Source: Alphaproteobacteria bacterium (GTDB lineage: Bacteria; Pseudomonadota; Alphaproteobacteria; G965222575). Taken from it: DNA of 64,000 nt. Below the pieces are notes generated by a model that saw only the letters and a program-made list of their open reading frames with translations, searched no databases and was not told the DNA's origin. Within the stretch, counting starts at the first letter, position 1, and every line of letters begins with the position of its first letter. Of the stretch, positions 59,360-64,000 are shown piece by piece. The stretch is from NCBI GenBank assembly GCA_965222575.1, contig OZ244958.1, positions 640,001 to 704,000 of the forward strand, read 5' to 3'. The position numbers were made by a program, and so were the translations under genes.

Positions 59360-60966
59360 TTGAAGAGGAGTTGCTGTAGGATAGAAAACGCAGTGCTAAT
59401 GGTCCAATAAATGACTAATCCTGAGGGGAAGCGTGCGAGCAAGAAAATAAAAAGAATAGGTAAGAAAGACATAATGCGTGCCTGAAGAGGGTTTAGGCTT
59501 TGAGGGGAGAGGCGCATTTGCAACCACATACCGAATCCCATGAAGAGGGGCCACAGCCCGATATGGAGAAAGGTAGGGGGGGTAAACTCTAGCAAGCCGA
59601 AGAGATTCAAAGGGGTTAGGGGGTCTGGTGCTGAGAGGTCTTCAATCCAGCCGAAAAACGGGGCATGGCGCAGTTGGAGGCTAATGAATAGCACTTTATA
59701 CAGAGCGAAAAAGACTGGAATCTGAAGAAAAATTGGGAGACATCCTGCTGCGGGCGAAAAATTCGACGCCTTATACAGCTTCATCATCTCCTTTTGTAAC
59801 TGTACTTTATCTGAGGCGTATCGTTCTCTTAAGGTCTGCATTTGAGGCTGTAGTTCTTTCATGCCTCTCATGGCCTTCATGGATTTGTAGGTTAGAGGGA
59901 GAAAGAGCAACTTAATAATCAGGGTGAGCATAATGATGGCGAGGCCAAAGTTTCCCACAAGGCTGTAGAAAATCATGAGGATATGAAAAAGAGGGCGCGT
60001 TAAAAAATAAAACCATCCCCAATCGATAGATTTTTCAATGAGGGGAAAGCCCTTTTGATGGTAGATTTTGAGAATCTCCGTATCTTTAGCACCTGCAAAC
60101 ATGTTGGTGTCATAACGATGTGTTTCGCCTTGCGCTAGGGTTTTTGTAGGCCCTTGTAACACTAGCTGGCAGTAATCACGCCCTTTAGGCCCATAAGAAG
60201 ACAAGGTTATTTTCACCGGCAGGTTCTGAATCCCCATGGCTGTTAGCCAGTATTTATCTGTAATTCCAAGCCAACTATTACCGTCTCCCTGTTTGTGCTG
60301 GGGCGTGACCATATCTTTGTAGTTAGTTTCTTTGAAGTGACCATTTATGTAGCTGAGCGCCCCTTGATGCAAGATGATAATATCGTCTTTCACAGGCGGC
60401 GAGTGGCGTACAATCTGCCCCCACCAGCTTATGTCTATAGGAGATTGTGAGTTGTTGGTGAGCGTTTCCGAGAGGGTGATTTTGAAGTGCTGGTCTATAG
60501 AGTAAGTGCGCTTGAACATTACGCCTTGCTCATTTTCCCATACAAGGGTAACAGGAGAAAAGGGGGTAAGCTGTTTGTCCTCTGTTTGCCAAAGGGTGTG
60601 AGCGTCGGGTACCTGGGAGGAAGGAGACTGAAAGCCTGTTTCCATATAGGCGTCTTTTTTAATGACTTCTATGTGAGAGGAGTCCTTGAGGCTTTTAGCA
60701 TATCCCTTGAGGGATAAAGAGGTGATTCGCCCCCCTTTGGTTGAGAGAATGCCTTCTATGGAGTCTGAGGTTAGGGGGATGTTGTGGACTTTGGGTGTGT
60801 GTGGCTTTACGGCGTTTGGAGGCAGGGGGGGTACTGGAGTTTCAAAGGGTTTTTGACTAGGCGGAGAGGGGAGTCTTGCAGCAGGAGAGAAAAAGGTCTC
60901 ATAACCTACTAAAATCATGATACTGAGGGCACAGGCTAGGAGCAGGTTTTTGTTGTGACTATCCAT
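59338..60966 (-). CDS. yidC: Membrane protein insertase YidC
   Basis: DKYW, IDWGWFYF..P, GCLP..LQIPVFFALY, WI.DLSAPDP, GL.IYW. Confidence 0.96.
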   Translation of the reverse strand: MDSHNKNLLLACALSIMILVGYETFFSPAARLPSPPSQKPFETPVPPLPPNAVKPHTPKVHNIPLTSDSIEGILSTKGGRITSLSLKGYAKSLKDSSHIEVIKKDAYMETGFQSPSSQVPDAHTLWQTEDKQLTPFSPVTLVWENEQGVMFKRTYSIDQHFKITLSETLTNNSQSPIDISWWGQIVRHSPPVKDDIIILHQGALSYINGHFKETNYKDMVTPQHKQGDGNSWLGITDKYWLTAMGIQNLPVKITLSSYGPKGRDYCQLVLQGPTKTLAQGETHRYDTNMFAGAKDTEILKIYHQKGFPLIEKSIDWGWFYFLTRPLFHILMIFYSLVGNFGLAIIMLTLIIKLLFLPLTYKSMKAMRGMKELQPQMQTLRERYASDKVQLQKEMMKLYKASNFSPAAGCLPIFLQIPVFFALYKVLFISLQLRHAPFFGWIEDLSAPDPLTPLNLFGLLEFTPPTFLHIGLWPLFMGFGMWLQMRLSPQSLNPLQARIMSFLPILFIFLLARFPSGLVIYWTISTAFSILQQLLFNWRFNSS

Positions 60967-61192
60967 CAGGAGGGGGGTCGTATAGTGTCGTCTCCTGTGG
61001 GAGGAAGGGGTGGCATGTTAACAGGCGTTTGAGAAGGAGAGGGATGCCTTTTAGGCCATGAGTGTTGAGGACTTTTAAGCCATAGTGAGAACAGGTGGGG
61101 TGATAGCGGCAACAAGGAGGGAAAAAGGGAGAAAAGCCGTACTGCCAAATGTAGAGGGGTATTTTCAGTAGCGTGATGAGGAAGTGTGTCAT
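60959..61192 (-). CDS. yidD: Membrane protein insertion efficiency factor
   Basis: CRYHPTCS.Y....HG..G...RLL.CHP; ATG 61192 overlaps the rnpA stop. Confidence 0.92.
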   Translation of the reverse strand: MTHFLITLLKIPLYIWQYGFSPFFPPCCRYHPTCSHYGLKVLNTHGLKGIPLLLKRLLTCHPFLPQETTLYDPPPDG

Positions 61193-61593
61193 GAGGGGGA
61201 AGAGGCGATGGTTTTTGAGGCTTTTTTCAAGAGATAATACAGGTCTTTTTTCAATTGAGAGTATGGTACCTTTGCTGTGTTGTATCGGCAAATAAAAATA
61301 CAAAAGAAATCTTTCACTAGGGGGTCTGGGAGTGAAGCGTTGTGTAACAAGGCGCGAATGCGCCTACGGCAACGATTTCTCATAACGGCATTGCCTACTT
61401 TGCGGGAAATTGTGATGCCAAAGGCGAAATGGGCGCTGTATGGGGAGAGAAGGTGAGGCTTTGATTGGAAGTACGGAGAGGATTTGGCTAAGTATTTGAG
61501 AATCAGGCAGGAAGCGACTAGTACGCGGTCTTGATTTTTAGGACATTTGAAGATATGCCGATGGCGAATAGGTTGAAGACGCACTTTTGACAT
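61189..61593 (-). CDS. rnpA: Ribonuclease P protein component
   Basis: GITISRKVGNAVMRNRCRRR motif. Confidence 0.92.
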   Translation of the reverse strand: MSKVRLQPIRHRHIFKCPKNQDRVLVASCLILKYLAKSSPYFQSKPHLLSPYSAHFAFGITISRKVGNAVMRNRCRRRIRALLHNASLPDPLVKDFFCIFICRYNTAKVPYSQLKKDLYYLLKKASKTIASSPS

Positions 61594-61613
61594 GAAGCCC
61601 CCGCCTTGAGGTC

Positions 61614-61748
61614 TTAAGCTGATAAAATTGTTCGACCCTTGCGGCGCCGAGCCGCTAGGATGTTTCGACCACTTGGCGTAGAAGAGCGCTTTCGAAATCC
61701 TCTACGGCGTTTGTATACAAGACGACTAGGCTGAAATGTCCGCTTCAT
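61614..61748 (-). CDS. rpmH: 50S ribosomal protein L34 (too short for ORF track)
   Basis: [44 protein letters not shown]. Confidence 0.96.
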   Translation of the reverse strand: MKRTFQPSRLVYKRRRGFRKRSSTPSGRNILAARRRKGRTILSA

Positions 61749-61875
61749 TGAATGTCTTCTCTATTTTTCAGAGAGCCTATGGTAGCATAAATAGTATTGT
61801 GCCTGCAAGAATTACCTCCTCGCGATGATGTAGATGTATATAAAATACTGAACAGGAAGGGAATTGATAAAGGGC

Positions 61876-61904
61876 TTGACAGGAAAATCCTGCTTTTATA
61901 ACAT
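61876..61904 (+). promoter_or_regulatory. Putative sigma70 promoter of rho
   Basis: TTGACA (61876)-17 nt-TAACAT (61899). Confidence 0.45.
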
Positions 61905-62045
61905 AAAGCTTGAGCCTTCTGTGCTTTGCTACTTTCCGTGAGGTTTTCTTTGTAATAGGATATCCTCTTGGTAGTTTCCCCTGCCTCAATTTTTTCGTTT
62001 CGCTTTGCGGCGATGGTTTTTTTTTTAAGAGTGAGAGTTTTCCTT

Positions 62046-63320
62046 ATGTTATTGCAAGATTTACAATCAAAAGATTCAAGAGAGCTTCTGAAGATTGCGG
62101 AAGAGAAAAAGATTGATAATGCGACGGCTTTAAGGCGACAGGACTTATTATTTCGGTTGTTGAAAGCCTATGCTGAAGAAGGAGAAGTTATTGGTACAGA
62201 GGGAGTTTTAGAGGTCTTGCAAGATGGCTTTGGGTTTTTGCGTTCTGGGCAATTTAATTATTTAGCGGGCCCTGATGATGTTTATGTGTCTGATGAGAAA
62301 ATTCGCGCCTATTCCTTGCGCACGGGCGATACCATCAAAGGAACCCTCCAGTCCCCTAAAGACCAACAGCGGTATTTTTCTCTTTTGGAGATGGAAACAA
62401 TTAATAAGGAAAAACCTGACCTTAATAAAAATAAAATTCAATTTGATAACCTGACGCCTTTGTATCCTACTTCAAAGCTCAAGATGGAACTTGAGCAGGA
62501 AGATAAGAAAAATGCCCTTTGCTCTAAAAATACCTCGGCAAGGGTTATTGATTTGTTATGTCCTATTGGATTTGGACAACGGGCTCTTATTGTCGCGCCT
62601 CCTAGGACAGGCAAAACCATGTTACTGCAAGCCATTGCTGCTTCTGTTGCCTATAATCACCCCTCTGCCTATCTTTTAGTATTGTTAATTGACGAAAGGC
62701 CTGAAGAGGTGACTGATATGCAACGGTCTGTGCGGGGGGAAGTGATTAGCTCGACTTTTGATGAACCCGCTTCTCGTCATATTCATGTGGCGGAAATGAT
62801 TATAGCGAAAGCTAAACGACTGGTGGAGTCTAAAAAAGATGTGGTAATTTTACTAGATTCCATCACGCGGCTAGCAAGAGCTTATAACACAGTGGTGCCC
62901 TCTTCTGGCAAGGTGCTGACGGGGGGGGTCGATTCCAATGCTTTACAGAAACCTAAACGCTTCTTTGGGGCCGCGCGCAACATTGAGGAAGGCGGGTCCT
63001 TGAGTATTATTGCAACAGCCCTTACGGATACTGGTAGTCGTATGGATGAGGTCATCTTTGAAGAATTTAAGGGAACAGGCAACAGTGAAGTGGTCTTGGA
63101 TAGGCGTTTAGCTGATAAGCGCATCTTTCCTACTATTGATTTTACTAAGTCTGGAACGCGAAAAGAAGAATTGTTGGTGGATAAAGAAACCCTCTCGAAG
63201 ATGTGGGTCTTGCGCCGCATTTTGGATGCTAGAGGCACTGTGGAAGGGATCACCTTCCTGCTGGATAAATTAAGAAGCAGTAAGAGCAATCAGGACTTCT
63301 TTGCTGCTATGAATAGCTAG
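62046..63320 (+). CDS. rho: Transcription termination factor Rho
   Basis: [48 protein letters not shown] 62046 preferred over 61968. Confidence 0.98.
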   Translation: MLLQDLQSKDSRELLKIAEEKKIDNATALRRQDLLFRLLKAYAEEGEVIGTEGVLEVLQDGFGFLRSGQFNYLAGPDDVYVSDEKIRAYSLRTGDTIKGTLQSPKDQQRYFSLLEMETINKEKPDLNKNKIQFDNLTPLYPTSKLKMELEQEDKKNALCSKNTSARVIDLLCPIGFGQRALIVAPPRTGKTMLLQAIAASVAYNHPSAYLLVLLIDERPEEVTDMQRSVRGEVISSTFDEPASRHIHVAEMIIAKAKRLVESKKDVVILLDSITRLARAYNTVVPSSGKVLTGGVDSNALQKPKRFFGAARNIEEGGSLSIIATALTDTGSRMDEVIFEEFKGTGNSEVVLDRRLADKRIFPTIDFTKSGTRKEELLVDKETLSKMWVLRRILDARGTVEGITFLLDKLRSSKSNQDFFAAMNS

Positions 63321-63353
63321 ACCATAAAGAGAGAGGGTAGTCCTTTAAGAGGG

Positions 63354-63449
63354 TTCTGATAGTTTCAGAATGGTCTTCTCTTTGCGGGATTGGCTCCTAA
63401 GAAGTTTCTGATAGTTTCCAAATGGTTTTGTCTTTGCGTGATTGGCTCC
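63354..63449. repeat. 44-bp imperfect direct repeat (63354-63397 and 63406-63449) duplicating the 3' end of the Tim44-like gene
   Basis: ttctgatagtttc..aatggt.tt.tctttgcg.gattggctcc, 5 mismatches. Confidence 0.85.
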
Positions 63450-63999
63450 AAGTCCAAATGGCTTCAATGGTTTCGACTTCTTCTTTATTGCCTGCAATCA
63501 CGTCTCCTTTTTTGTTTGTGGTGTAGGAACACTGCTCGACTTGTAAGGCTACCTCTACGAATGCTGTGTGGTTGTTTACGTGGCTACTTAAGATGGTGGC
63601 TTTGGAGATATTGACAATCTCTATGTGTTGAGAGAGGCCTTGTTTTTTGGTTTTTGAGAGGGTTTGTTGTAGCGTGCTTGAGGCGGGTTCTGTGGTGAGG
63701 AGATTCAGGGTTTTCATATCCTCTTTGACAAAGGCAGTAGAGATGAGCTGGTAAGCTTTTTTCGCACCTTCCAGGAAGGCTTTTTCTTTGAAGTCAGGGA
63801 GCATTTCTTTCACCGCTTTAAGCCTTGAAGGGAGGGAGGGGGCTTTATGAGGGAGGGGGAAAGACCCAATAGGCTTGATTCTTTGTTTCTTTTTATAGCT
63901 TTTAGGGATGTGGTCATGGGAGCCTAGAACGTGGCGCAACTTTATCAGGATAAAGCCTGCAACAAGGGCTAGAATTAAGAGGTCAATATAAGGAGGCAT
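63397..63999 (-). CDS. Tim44/TimA-family protein
   Basis: N-terminal LILALVAGFILIKLRHVLG, F....FLEGAKKAY, G.V.AG.....W.W.....WKL. Confidence 0.88.
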   Translation of the reverse strand: MPPYIDLLILALVAGFILIKLRHVLGSHDHIPKSYKKKQRIKPIGSFPLPHKAPSLPSRLKAVKEMLPDFKEKAFLEGAKKAYQLISTAFVKEDMKTLNLLTTEPASSTLQQTLSKTKKQGLSQHIEIVNISKATILSSHVNNHTAFVEVALQVEQCSYTTNKKGDVIAGNKEEVETIEAIWTWSQSRKDKTIWKLSETS

Positions 64000-64000
64000 G

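Noticed and set aside
61749-62045. Replication origin near rpmH/rho
   Set aside because: I saw no DnaA-box cluster and no lasting skew inversion.

Overview
Gene-dense window from a reduced, probably host-associated alphaproteobacterial chromosome. The assignment is inferred from alpha-type gene orders (mdh-sucCDAB-lpdA, tRNA-Cys/pcm-tolC-valS, efp-suhB, rpmH-rnpA-yidD-yidC-engB) and from alpha-type GshA and L31. Most genes are housekeeping: TCA cycle, riboflavin/thiamine, glycine cleavage, translation, polA and rho. It also carries a partial T2SS/pseudopilin block (gspJ-gspK-prepilin peptidase), two tandem outer-membrane beta-barrel paralogues and a 2-oxoacid:ferredoxin oxidoreductase. I saw no mobile elements and no CRISPR. 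The most unusual signals are: (1) a secreted polysaccharide-lyase-family-8 (chondroitinase AC-like) protein whose catalytic residues all appear replaced; (2) an ornithine cyclodeaminase-arginase fusion heading the glycine-cleavage operon; (3) a strong G+T strand bias that repeatedly decays left-to-right over about 1.5-4 kb regardless of gene orientation; (4) a ~1 kb pyrimidine-rich satellite after map; (5) tandem copies of the glyA start that create three 11-codon uORFs; (6) a catalytically degenerate SuhB and absence of popZ, argB, nrdR and aroA from their usual loci. Family assignments come from motif recognition by eye, not database searches.
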